From assembly GCA_964642155.1 (NCBI GenBank), contig CAZXNT010000001.1, positions 83 to 64,082 of the forward strand: a stretch of DNA of 64,000 nt, read 5' to 3'. Shown in pieces: positions 19,197 to 28,207 of this stretch. The notes beneath the pieces were generated by a model. That model was not told where the DNA came from. It searched no databases and saw only the letters and a list, made by a program, of their open reading frames with translations. The position numbers were made by a program, and so were the translations under genes. The DNA is from an uncultured Candidatus Saccharibacteria bacterium. Its GTDB lineage: Bacteria > Patescibacteriota > Minisyncoccia > UBA6257 > UBA9933. How positions within the stretch are numbered: the first letter of the stretch is position 1; each line of letters begins with the position of its first letter.

Positions 19197-19350
19197 AAAC
19201 ATATTAATCATTTTAAACAGACATCTTGCAGTAAGCATCGGGCTATCGCCCTCTGCCGCTGAGCTACATCGGCAAACATATTAATCATTTTAAACAGACA
19301 TCTTGCAGTAAGCATCGGGCTATCGCCCTCTGCCGCTGAGCTACATCGGC
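19174..19350. repeat. 77-bp tandem repeat (2.3 units) containing the 23-nt 5' end of tRNA-Thr
   Basis: CTCTGCCGCTGAGCTACATCGGC at 19174, 19251 and 19328, separated by identical 54-bp segments. Confidence 0.9.
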
Positions 19351-19381
19351 AATGAGCCTACTATTGGCGACAATATTTATT

Positions 19382-19723
19382 CTAATCTTTTTTGTCCAAA
19401 AGTCCAGAGTCTGATTCTTTTTTTTCCCATCTATCCTTATCCCTTCCATAACATTTATCCATAACCGACTTAAATCCTCTATCAATATTTAAATCTAAGG
19501 AATTAGCAAGGCATATTAAAGTAAAAATAATATCTGCCATTTCTTCTTCTATGTCTTTTAAGTCTTCCGTCGACTTCTTCTTTTTTGGTCCAAATCGATG
19601 ATTGATTTCGCGCGCCAATTCACCTGTTTCTTCGGTAAGACGCGCCAAAATCTCCAATGGCTTAAAATATCCAATTTTATATTGCTTTATCCAATCATCT
19701 ACTTGTTTTTGATAATCTTTCAT
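19382..19723 (-). CDS. MazG-like nucleotide pyrophosphohydrolase (YpjD-like)
   Basis: LARLTEETGELAREINH, EEMADIIFTL. Confidence 0.9.
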   Translation of the reverse strand: MKDYQKQVDDWIKQYKIGYFKPLEILARLTEETGELAREINHRFGPKKKKSTEDLKDIEEEMADIIFTLICLANSLDLNIDRGFKSVMDKCYGRDKDRWEKKESDSGLLDKKD

Positions 19724-19736
19724 AAATTTATATTTG

Positions 19737-19808
19737 AGCCACCTCCGAGATTTGAACTCGGGACCTTCACTTTACAAAAGTGCTGCTCTGCCGCTGAGCT
19801 AAGGTGGC
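19737..19808 (-). tRNA. tRNA-Thr(TGT)
   Basis: GCCACCT/AGGTGGC acceptor, loop TTTGTAA, TTCAAAT T loop. Confidence 0.95.
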
Positions 19809-19809
19809 A

Positions 19810-20964
19810 TTACTTTATCAACGCTTCCAATTCTTCCAACATTTTTTTTCCGTCGCCTTTTTCAAAATGCTCCCTTACTGGTTTTAATAATTCAATTAAA
19901 TAATCCGCTACGAATTTTTTCAAATCCTCGGGGTGGAGCTCTTTATTTTTTCCGCCCGAGGTGGATCCGCCTTTGGCGGAAAATATCTTTTTCAATTCGT
20001 CAATGCCGCGAATTTCCAAATTGCCGCCGTGTTCTGGCTTGCGCTCTATTATGATTTTTTCTTCTCGCGAGAAAATCAGATATTTTGCCCAATCAATAAT
20101 CGGATTGAATTCAATTTCGCCTTCCGGACAAAACGCTTTTTTGATTTTTCTTCTGATTTCCTCTTCGCTGTCATGAATAAAAACCGCGCTGTCCGGCTTG
20201 GACTTGCTCATTTTCATTGACGTCTGCAATTCTCCTTTATTAGAGCTCTCTAGTATCGGCCAAACTGCCGGCTTGTTCAAACCCGCAAGCAAATGTGTAT
20301 GCACTGCCACCGGTTTTATCGGCTTATTGTTAATTTTCAATTGGGAAATTTTCAATTGCAAAGCCGTATCACGAGCAATCACATTGGCTTTCCGCTGGTC
20401 AGTTCCAGCATGAGAAAAATGAAAACCACCTGCAAATATATCCGCCACCTGCATTGCCGGATACATCAATTTGGCAAAATCAACCTCCTCGCCTTCTTTT
20501 TTTCCCAAAATCGTGATGCTTCTTTTCATCCGCGCCAATGTCGTATTTTTGGCCACATCAAGAACCGTCAGCCAATAATCGTCGTTTTTACAATAAAATT
20601 CTGACGCTAAAATAAAATTCAAATCTTTCGGATTGCCACCAAGACATTTATAGGCCACAATCAATCCTTCTTTAAAATAATTAACCGCGATTTTTTTAAT
20701 AGATTCCAAATCGCCGCCGAGCTTATCGTTTATCCAAGCGTGGTAATCAGCTAAAAAAATATGAATTTTTACTCCGGCATCGGCAAAATCCTTAACCTTT
20801 TGCATACAAACCAAACCGGTGCCTAAATGAATTTTTCCGGAAATTTCAAAACCAATGTAATGCTTTAACGGCTCTCCACTTTTCAATAAAAACTCCAAAT
20901 CATCCGGAGTGAGAATTTCTTCCGTTCGACGGGAAATAAGTTTAATTTTTTCTTGTAAATTCAT
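19810..20964 (-). CDS. tyrS: Tyrosine-tRNA ligase, archaeal/eukaryotic type
   Basis: YIGFEISGKIHLG, ADYHAWINDK, YPAMQVADIF, GTDQRK, KMSKS, KAFCP, LHPEDLK; no S4 domain. Confidence 0.92.
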   Translation of the reverse strand: MNLQEKIKLISRRTEEILTPDDLEFLLKSGEPLKHYIGFEISGKIHLGTGLVCMQKVKDFADAGVKIHIFLADYHAWINDKLGGDLESIKKIAVNYFKEGLIVAYKCLGGNPKDLNFILASEFYCKNDDYWLTVLDVAKNTTLARMKRSITILGKKEGEEVDFAKLMYPAMQVADIFAGGFHFSHAGTDQRKANVIARDTALQLKISQLKINNKPIKPVAVHTHLLAGLNKPAVWPILESSNKGELQTSMKMSKSKPDSAVFIHDSEEEIRRKIKKAFCPEGEIEFNPIIDWAKYLIFSREEKIIIERKPEHGGNLEIRGIDELKKIFSAKGGSTSGGKNKELHPEDLKKFVADYLIELLKPVREHFEKGDGKKMLEELEALIK

Positions 20965-21029
20965 TTACCAATAAAAATAACATAGAAATTCCACTTTTAA
21001 AAGCGGAATTTTTATTATATCCAAAAGTG

Positions 21030-21111
21030 TCCAGGGAGCAGGATTCGAACCTGCGAAGGCTGTGCCAGGGGTTTTACAGACCCCCCCCGTTGACCGCTTG
21101 GGTATCCCTGG
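21030..21111 (-). tRNA. tRNA-Tyr(GTA) with C1-G72
   Basis: CCAGGGA/TCCCTGG acceptor plus A73, GGGGT-CTGTAAA-ACCCC, 13-nt variable region. Confidence 0.95.
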
Positions 21112-21113
21112 TA

Positions 21114-21470
21114 TTATTCTTCCTTTTTATTTTCGTCGGTTTCCGTCAATGAAGCGAATAAATTTTGTTTTTCTTCTTTTGCACCGCCATTACCGCTCTT
21201 TTTGAGCTTCCGAAGATGGCTTGTCAATAGATTATCCCACTTCATCAACAATAATTTAATTTTTCTCAATGTTTTTTCAAGACTAACGGTGAAAAAAACG
21301 TCCATCCTATCAAACGGCACTTTAGCTATCAATTTATCCAATCTTTGATGAAAAGTTTCTTTTTTAAAAGATTCTTCAATATCGCCCACGCGTGGCGCCG
21401 CCCGAGCGATTAAATAAATTATCGCCCCCAAGCTGAGCATTATAAGAATTTGAAGAATAAAGTTGTACAT
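21114..21470 (-). CDS. Hypothetical membrane-anchored protein
   Basis: N-terminal TM, in the rpsB-tsf operon. Confidence 0.7.
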   Translation of the reverse strand: MYNFILQILIMLSLGAIIYLIARAAPRVGDIEESFKKETFHQRLDKLIAKVPFDRMDVFFTVSLEKTLRKIKLLLMKWDNLLTSHLRKLKKSGNGGAKEEKQNLFASLTETDENKKEE

Positions 21471-21475
21471 CTAAA

Positions 21476-21916
21476 TTAAAGTTCGTATCGGCAGAATTTT
21501 TCCACCTTTATATTTTCTCCAAGTTTCGCGATAACGCTTTTAACTAAATTTTCAATAACCAAAGCGTCGTCTTTGACATAATTTTGCTTCATTAAATCAT
21601 CAACATCCGCCGGACTCATCGCCACGATATGCATCGCCAAATCATGCGCCAATTCTTTAAACATCGGATTTCTGGCGACAAAATCGGTTTCGCAGCGCAA
21701 TTCCAATAAAACTCCCACCCTTTCATTATGAATGTAAGAATGGAGCAATCCGGCGCCAGTTGTCCTTTCTCCTTTTTTCTCGGCTCTAATCAAGCCACGC
21801 TTGTGGATTAAAGACACCGCCTTATCAAAATCACCGCCAGCGTCTTCCAAAGCTTTCTTGCATTCCATTACTCCGGCATTGGTAATTCCACGAAGTTTTT
21901 GAATTTGATTAATCAT
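21476..21916 (-). CDS. tsf: Elongation factor Ts (short form)
   Basis: LRGITNAGVMECKKAL, ELRCETDFVA, KLGENI. Confidence 0.93.
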   Translation of the reverse strand: MINQIQKLRGITNAGVMECKKALEDAGGDFDKAVSLIHKRGLIRAEKKGERTTGAGLLHSYIHNERVGVLLELRCETDFVARNPMFKELAHDLAMHIVAMSPADVDDLMKQNYVKDDALVIENLVKSVIAKLGENIKVEKFCRYEL

Positions 21917-21934
21917 AATAAAACTTTCAAACTC

Positions 21935-22696
21935 TTAAACTTTTAAACTTTCCATTATTCTATTAATTATCCAATTAACACTCATTTTTGCGTGGTCATT
22001 CGCCGGAATCGGATAATTTATAAAATCCGGATTGTCATCGCTATCAATAATCGCCATAATCGGGATATTCATTTTTCTAGCTTCCCGCACGGCAGTCATA
22101 TGCCCCTTTAAAGACGTATCTATTATAAACAACGCCTCAACCGGCCTTGTCAGATTTTCCAATCCGCCGAACATTCTCTTCATTCGAAAAATGTCTTTAT
22201 TAATCATCACCCTTTCTTTTTTCGTATATTTGTCAAATTCTCCTTTTTCAATTCCAGCCTGAATCTTTTTGAAGTGCTCTATGCGCCCTGAAATCACCTT
22301 AAAGTTTGTTAATAAGCCGCCAACCCAATGATTTTTTACTCGCGGCAAATTAAATTTTTCCGCCATCATTTCCAAAGCCGACTGACTGGCTGGTTGCAAT
22401 CCGACCAACAACACCATTTTTCCGGATTTTATCTGATTTTTTAAAAACTCGGACGCAACATCAATCATCGGTAAAGTTTTTATTAAATCAATAATCTCCA
22501 TTCCGTTGCGAGTGGTAAAAATATATTTTTTGAATTTCGGATTTGTTTTTGTCTTTTTGTGGCCATAAACAACGCCTGCTTTTATCATTTCTTTAATAAT
22601 CTCCGCGTCAATTTCCTTTTCATTGTTTTCACTACTAATAGTGGTTATTTCCTCCGCTAATTCCATATTTGGTTGTAATTGCGCGCCATTTATCAT
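21935..22696 (-). CDS. rpsB: 30S ribosomal protein S2
   Basis: AGVVYGHK, WVGGLLTNF, EARKMNIP, IPAND. Confidence 0.95.
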   Translation of the reverse strand: MINGAQLQPNMELAEEITTISSENNEKEIDAEIIKEMIKAGVVYGHKKTKTNPKFKKYIFTTRNGMEIIDLIKTLPMIDVASEFLKNQIKSGKMVLLVGLQPASQSALEMMAEKFNLPRVKNHWVGGLLTNFKVISGRIEHFKKIQAGIEKGEFDKYTKKERVMINKDIFRMKRMFGGLENLTRPVEALFIIDTSLKGHMTAVREARKMNIPIMAIIDSDDNPDFINYPIPANDHAKMSVNWIINRIMESLKV

Positions 22697-22873
22697 AACT
22701 TAAACATCTTACTAAAAAAATAACGCTGTTGTCAATGTGGTGATAAAAAAAATTCGGCGTCCCCGCTATGCGGGGGGTCGGATAAAATTATCGTATCAAC
22801 CCCTTTTTTGCCCATAAACAAAAAAGGGGTAAAGCCATAGTCAGAATTCACTACTGGGTCAAGATTTATAAAA

Positions 22874-23245
22874 TTGCTTATTCGTGGTAAAATTTCGGTA
22901 ATGAACCAAGAAAAAGACTATCTTCAAATTTTGAAAGAACGCGCGAAAAAATCGCGCGTGTATAAAAGCTACCAGTTTATCGGACTTACAATTTCCCAGC
23001 TTCTAAACGACGAAAAGCACAAATCGCTCTATATTAAACTGGCGAAAAAACATCCCGGAGACCATCTTTGGGCAATCGCCAAAGACGTTTCCGAAAGAAA
23101 AAACATAGCAAATAAAGGAGGGTATTTTATGAAAGTTTTGGAAAAAACATACCCGTATTTATTTAAAAATTCCAAGCCACAAATCGTCCCGCCTTTGGAT
23201 AAGACCCCGTCAATGGCAATGGCAAATGATAAAAAAACTAAATAG
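22874..23245 (+). CDS. Hypothetical protein (likely start 22901)
   Basis: Open frame with LNDEKHKSLYIKLAK and NKGGYFM. Confidence 0.6.
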   Translation: MLIRGKISVMNQEKDYLQILKERAKKSRVYKSYQFIGLTISQLLNDEKHKSLYIKLAKKHPGDHLWAIAKDVSERKNIANKGGYFMKVLEKTYPYLFKNSKPQIVPPLDKTPSMAMANDKKTK

Positions 23246-23459
23246 AGCGTTTTTCCAATTCTTCGTCAATCATCCGTTTCCGCAAAATTTCACGCGCCAT
23301 TGTTCTTCGTTCGTCGCCCCCAGACACGCCTTCCTTTTCCAAATCATTAGCTATTTCCACAAGCGCATCCCCATCTATATCCTCATCCTTAATTTTCACG
23401 TCTATTTCTTTTCCAATAATTTCCGCCAACTCTTGTTTTGTTATTTTTTCTTTATTCAT
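23238..23459 (-). CDS. Hypothetical acidic protein
   Basis: 73-aa ORF in a co-oriented run. Confidence 0.55.
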   Translation of the reverse strand: MNKEKITKQELAEIIGKEIDVKIKDEDIDGDALVEIANDLEKEGVSGGDERRTMAREILRKRMIDEELEKRSI

Positions 23460-23498
23460 ATTTAAATAATATTTAAAAAATAAAAGTTGTCAATTACA

Positions 23499-23735
23499 TT
23501 ATTCTGAATATTTTTGTATAACATCCTCAAGTATTTTTTTTGCTGCTGAATCTTGAATTTTATCCAAAGCTCTTTTTGCCTCTCTAATATAGAAACCTCT
23601 TAGATTATTTCCATGCGAGTCTTCGCAGGGATTATTGATATGTTCAATCAGAAATAAAACTGATTCCATGTCCGTTGCTTTTTCTTTTTTTTCAAAATTT
23701 TTCATAATTAAGGCAAATTTATTTTCAGAAATCAA
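23499..23735 (-). CDS. Hypothetical protein
   Basis: 78-aa ORF overlapping the upstream stop. Confidence 0.5.
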   Translation of the reverse strand: MISENKFALIMKNFEKKEKATDMESVLFLIEHINNPCEDSHGNNLRGFYIREAKRALDKIQDSAAKKILEDVIQKYSE

Positions 23736-24387
23736 ATTTTTCTTCTTTTTTCAATTTTTCTGTTTCTTCCAATCTTTTTTTATATGCTTTTTGAGCATCT
23801 AAAATTTTTTGCAATTTTGGTTTTCTGATATAATAATTTAAACGATCTTTTACACATTCTTTAAAACGCTTTTCTAGTTCTATTTTGTCCACTCTACTAA
23901 GAGGATATCCCGCCTTACTATCATTATTAACATCCTTTTTTGCCCCTTCTTCCGCCTGTTTTAATTCTTCTTCGCTATGGGATTCATACCAGTTTTTAAA
24001 TCCAAGATTAAAAAGATTCTCCTTAATTATTTCTTTTTGTTTATCTATATTATATTCTTTACTTTTAATTATTTTTTCATTTAAATCAACGATGTCGTTT
24101 ATTAGCATATCTACGCGAGATAGATTGCCGTCTTTATCAATATATTCTAAAACATACTTTAATTTTTTATCGTTTTCGCCAGTCTCGTTTTCTTTTAACC
24201 AACCACGAGTCTCTAAATAAATAAACGACCCCTTATTGTCTAATAAATCTTTTTTTGTATTTTCATCAATAGCTTCATTATTAGGCAAGGTAATATTTTT
24301 ATGTAATTCTATATAAGTGCCTAAATCTGCCACTTCCCTTGATTCAAGTTTCCCCAATGATTCCCTTTTCTCCATGTTATTTTCCAT
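23725..24387 (-). CDS. Hypothetical charged protein
   Basis: 220-aa AT-rich ORF. Confidence 0.6.
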   Translation of the reverse strand: MENNMEKRESLGKLESREVADLGTYIELHKNITLPNNEAIDENTKKDLLDNKGSFIYLETRGWLKENETGENDKKLKYVLEYIDKDGNLSRVDMLINDIVDLNEKIIKSKEYNIDKQKEIIKENLFNLGFKNWYESHSEEELKQAEEGAKKDVNNDSKAGYPLSRVDKIELEKRFKECVKDRLNYYIRKPKLQKILDAQKAYKKRLEETEKLKKEEKFDF

Positions 24388-24456
24388 AATTTTTTATTAT
24401 TTTAATGCTTTAATCACAATATGTCAATAATCTGACCATTTTATTGGCTAGTTTTT

Positions 24457-24479
24457 CCAGATATACATTGTTAGGCGAT
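24457..24479 (-). other. Truncated attC half-site
   Basis: CCAGATATACATTGTTAGGCGAT matches CCAGATATGCCGTGTTAGGCGAT (26302-26324) at 19 of 23 positions. Confidence 0.65.
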
Positions 24480-24544
24480 GTAATAATAAATTCTTTTTTG
24501 CTGATTAAGCAAAAATAAATCAGGGCAAATTTATTTTTTATTTT

Positions 24545-25372
24545 TCAATTTTTTAATCTTTTAATTTCTCTAATTTTCAAAAAATTATTTTTTGAAACTA
24601 TTGGTCGACCGATTCTTCTTTCTATTTGCTTTCTGGCCGTGCCGGCGACTTCGCCGCCAAGACGGGCATCATCTTTGAGCCGCGGTATTCCTTTTGAATC
24701 TTTAGTGCGGTGGATTTCGGTTGTTGTTCTTTCGCCAAGCATAGTTAAAATCAATTCAAAGTCGTCCATATGGTCGCGCAAATTTTCTCGTTTCAGTCCT
24801 TTTAGTTTCTTGTATTCATTCGGTTTTATTCCGAAAGCCGCTTGGGAAATTTCGGCGGTCAATATTTCGTAATCTCTATCATTTTCCGCGCCCCGTTTTT
24901 TCCATTCATCAGTCAGTTCTTCACGAATGGCAATACCTCGCATTCGCTTTTCAATCCAATCCTCGGGATAACCTTTGAGTTTGTAGAGTAATTTTGTTCT
25001 TTTTGTTGCTAGTTCGGGATTTTCAATTTCTTGTATGCGTTCGTAACCGACTTTTGCCAACCAACGTTTCAACGGTTCGGCCTTAGGCGAGGGAATTGAT
25101 TGGATTATGCGAAACATCCCTTCGGTATTGGCGCAATCAGTTTCGTATTTTTTCCCGTCAGAAGCCTCTAATTTCAGTTGTAAACAAACTGTTAACAACT
25201 GAAATTCTCGACTTTTTAGCACTCCCCAATACTGTCTTGGCGCCGGACTATCGGTTAGCGCTTTAATCACATCCACAACCGAAAAATACCATTCTTTATT
25301 AAAAATAGTTCTTCGAATTTTTTTGCCTTTGAAAATGGCGATATGATTGGTTAGATTCTGTGTTTTTTCCAT
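24545..25372 (-). CDS. BRO-N domain protein (antirepressor-like), probable cassette cargo
   Basis: EWYFSVVDVI, ASDGKKYETD, IQSIPSPKAEPLKRWLA, NLRDHM; start taken at MEKTQN. Confidence 0.85.
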   Translation of the reverse strand: MEKTQNLTNHIAIFKGKKIRRTIFNKEWYFSVVDVIKALTDSPAPRQYWGVLKSREFQLLTVCLQLKLEASDGKKYETDCANTEGMFRIIQSIPSPKAEPLKRWLAKVGYERIQEIENPELATKRTKLLYKLKGYPEDWIEKRMRGIAIREELTDEWKKRGAENDRDYEILTAEISQAAFGIKPNEYKKLKGLKRENLRDHMDDFELILTMLGERTTTEIHRTKDSKGIPRLKDDARLGGEVAGTARKQIERRIGRPIVSKNNFLKIREIKRLKN

Positions 25373-25430
25373 AAACACATTATAGCAAGTTTTTAGACTT
25401 GCTGAAAATGAAAGTAAATCGGGGCAAATT

Positions 25431-26171
25431 TCATTTTTTATTCCTTTTTTTCGCCACGATAGTCTTATACATTCCAACTTCTTTAATAATTTCAATGTTA
25501 TATTCTGCGCCTATATTCTCGACAATCTCATTTATATCCAATCTCTCACGTTCGTCGTATTCATAATGATCCAACCATTCTTTTTCTGCGTCATGTAAAC
25601 CATGTTTTTCGCCATAAACTTTTTTGATCGCACTAACTTCGCTATCATATAGTTGTTTATGTTTTTCCGGGTCAGGATCGGCAATTTTTTCAGCACTAAT
25701 AAATAAATCCGGAGACAATCTTAACAGCTCCTTCCAGAAAAGTTTGCGAGCTTCTTTGGGAATATTATGGATTGTAGCTCCGGTTACGATAATTGGAAAC
25801 TCGCCTGTGTTAAATCCCATTTTTGTTGCATCCATTTCAATTAGTTGTATTGAGTCTCCAAGTTTTTCTCTTGCCGCTTTTAGCATTTCTGGATTCAAAT
25901 CAATCCCAACAATTTTTTTACATCCCGCATTTACAAAGAATGCGCTTGTTTCTCCGTCTCCGATACCGATATCAAGAATCGGCATACGTTTAAAATTTGG
26001 TTGCAGTTTTCTTGCACTATCAAAAACCGATTCTTCAAATTGTTTGTAATCTAAACCTTGCTCAGCAAATACTTCAGTAAAAAATTCTCCGTAATTATTG
26101 GATAATTTTTTAAATCTGTCCGCATCATTCGACGTTGTTTCTGGTATTTTTGGCAGTGATTCTTTGTCCAT
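25431..26171 (-). CDS. Class I SAM-dependent methyltransferase, probable cassette cargo
   Basis: ILDIGIGDG, GIDLNPEML. Confidence 0.85.
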   Translation of the reverse strand: MDKESLPKIPETTSNDADRFKKLSNNYGEFFTEVFAEQGLDYKQFEESVFDSARKLQPNFKRMPILDIGIGDGETSAFFVNAGCKKIVGIDLNPEMLKAAREKLGDSIQLIEMDATKMGFNTGEFPIIVTGATIHNIPKEARKLFWKELLRLSPDLFISAEKIADPDPEKHKQLYDSEVSAIKKVYGEKHGLHDAEKEWLDHYEYDERERLDINEIVENIGAEYNIEIIKEVGMYKTIVAKKRNKK

Positions 26172-26244
26172 ATTATCAATCAATAAAAAATACAATTTGC
26201 CCGAATAATTTTTATTCAGCAGAGCAAAAGAATTTATTTATTTC

Positions 26245-26321
26245 ACTTAACGTTTCGGCATATCGGAAGTTACGTAGCAATTTGGGTGTAGCGTAGCGAA
26301 ACCAGATATGCCGTGTTAGGC
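26245..26321 (-). mobile_element. Integron attC site
   Basis: Minus strand GCCTAAC (RYYYAAC)...GGCATATC...GATATGCC...GTTAAGT (GTTRRRY), 77 bp, 4 nt after the HIT stop. Confidence 0.85.
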
Positions 26322-26325
26322 GATA

Positions 26326-26769
26326 CTATTTTTTAGATTTATTTATATCTCCTTGTATCTTATCAACTATATTTGCTAGTATAGCATCTGATGTTTTAAA
26401 GTTTTTGTCATAGGGATAATAAAAATCGCCCCATTTCGCATCAACAAATTCCATTCCATTAAATAATCTGGGCTTAGAATATCGAGGAATAATATGCAAA
26501 TGCACATGTTTAATGAAATTACCCAAAGAGCCGTAATTAAAAAGATCGGGTTTGAAAATTTCAACAAGGGAATCTCTTGTACTTTTACTGATATTAAAAA
26601 GCTCTTCGGCTTCATCCTTGGTAATGTCAAACAGGTCTTCCGTGTGTCTTTTTAATATAACCAAACAACGACCAAGATAGGCTTGGTTATTACAAAGCTC
26701 TGAAGTCCAGTAATCATACTCTTTTATTACTAGATTTTTATTATCCCTATGACAAAATTTACATGTCAT
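26326..26769 (-). CDS. HIT-family hydrolase, integron cassette
   Basis: CKFC start, HVHLHIIPR histidine triad. Confidence 0.9.
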   Translation of the reverse strand: MTCKFCHRDNKNLVIKEYDYWTSELCNNQAYLGRCLVILKRHTEDLFDITKDEAEELFNISKSTRDSLVEIFKPDLFNYGSLGNFIKHVHLHIIPRYSKPRLFNGMEFVDAKWGDFYYPYDKNFKTSDAILANIVDKIQGDINKSKK

Positions 26770-26793
26770 ATAAATAAATCTAAAAAATTTTTC

Positions 26794-26860
26794 ACTTAAC
26801 TCGTTTAAAGACGACGTGTTTTCGGATAATGTGCGTAAACGCATTTTATCCGAAGTCATC
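26794..26860 (-). other. attI-like site
   Basis: GTTAAGTGAAA core, identical to the one at the attC, beside the palindrome TTCGGATAA...TTATCCGAA upstream of the integrase. Confidence 0.5.
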
Positions 26861-26901
26861 ATAAAATTTAATTAATGTTATCGACTGATTAAATAATATC
26901 A

Positions 26902-27279
26902 TTGGAAAATATTTAAAACAAGTCGAAAACGAATTAAAATTGAGAAATTATAGCCCAAAGACCATTTAATCTTAAATTCGCGAAAACCGCCAGCAAATTA
27001 CCTGTTGTCCTTTCAAGAAGCGAAATTCATCTTATAATAGGCGGAGTCGCGAACGCGAAGCACCGGCTTTTAATTTCTCTCGCTTACGTTTCCGGACTGC
27101 GGGTAAGCGAAACGATAAATCTAAAAATAAAAGATATTGACTTGGAGGAACTGGCGATTCATCTGAAAGGCGCAAAAGGGAATAAAGACAGAATTACGAT
27201 TTTCCCGGAAAAAATAAAAAAGCGAGAAATTGGACATCTTCTCGCTTTTGAGTTATGCAGTTTTAAAACTTTTTCATAG
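26902..27279 (+). pseudogene. Integron-type tyrosine integrase remnant (internal and C-terminal deletions)
   Basis: KYLKQVENELKLRNYSPKTI* then KLPVVLSRSEI...KHRLLISLAYVSGLRVSETINLKIKDID...KGAKGNKDRIT; no catalytic H-x-x-R or Tyr region. Confidence 0.85.
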
Positions 27280-27676
27280 ATTTCTCCCTCTAATCTTTTT
27301 GACTAGCATAAACACCTCCTTAATTTTAAAAATTAGAATTGGGCGGGAGTTGGGGCTCCAGCATTTTATTTACGTTACTGTTACTGATTGGCACTTTTTG
27401 CAAGTAATGTCTTTTTTTTCACCATTACCTCTTGCCACATAAATTCCCAAATCAGCTCCGCAGGCAGCAGTTATCAGCGTTTGTATGCTAGTAACCTTAT
27501 AAACAAGCTTATGAACGTATGGTTTTTTACTGAAAGCCATCTTACAAAGTTCCATAAATCCTCCTTTTCTGCTAGTTTTTGATAGCTCAATTCTGATTTT
27601 TTATTTTTAATTTTAGAGAACTGTACCTAATCTATGGATTTTAACGCTTATTTGCGTTAATATTATTATACATACA

Positions 27677-28207
27677 ATGAAAATTTTAACAATAGACAAT
27701 AAAAAAGAAGAGAAATTTTTGTGGCGGAAAACCGCGGATTTTGACTTCCAAATGTTTACTAAAAAAGAAATAAACGAATTGATTAAAAAGATGAAGGAAA
27801 TAATGCTCCAAGCTAACGGCATCGGACTTTCGGCAAATCAAGTCGGCTTGAATTTAAAAATGTTTGTCGCTTTAATTCCGAAAAAACCTTTGAAACGGGA
27901 CGAAAGAAATAAAATCATCATACCTTCTCCCGACGAAGCGAAATTCTACGCGATTTTCAATCCGGAAATAATAAAATTTTCCAAACAAACAGAAGTAATT
28001 GAAGAGGGTTGTTTAAGCGTTCCCGGAGTTCTCGGCGAAGTGGAGCGACCGAAAAAAATTACTATAATTGATTTTGACAAAAATGGCCGCAAAATAAAAA
28101 TCAAAGCCGACGGGCTGACTGCCAGAGTTTTCCAACACGAAACAGACCACCTTAATGGGATTTTATTTATTGATAAAGCAAAAAATATTAAGAAAATAGA
28201 AATATGA
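27677..28207 (+). CDS. def: Peptide deformylase
   Basis: GIGLSANQVG, EGCLS, QHETDH. Confidence 0.96.
   Translation: MKILTIDNKKEEKFLWRKTADFDFQMFTKKEINELIKKMKEIMLQANGIGLSANQVGLNLKMFVALIPKKPLKRDERNKIIIPSPDEAKFYAIFNPEIIKFSKQTEVIEEGCLSVPGVLGEVERPKKITIIDFDKNGRKIKIKADGLTARVFQHETDHLNGILFIDKAKNIKKIEI

Noticed and set aside
19174-19350. CRISPR array (23-bp repeat three times)
   Set aside because: The spacers are identical, the repeat is the tRNA-Thr 5' end, and there are no cas genes.
25373-25495. Long N-termini given for the BRO, HIT (26862) and TsaD (39190) ORFs
   Set aside because: They overlap neighbouring genes or recombination sites; downstream ATGs match the family starts.
27370-27555. 61-aa ORF with CKKC after the integrase remnant
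   Set aside because: No recognisable family, and it lies in decayed DNA; cannot be supported.
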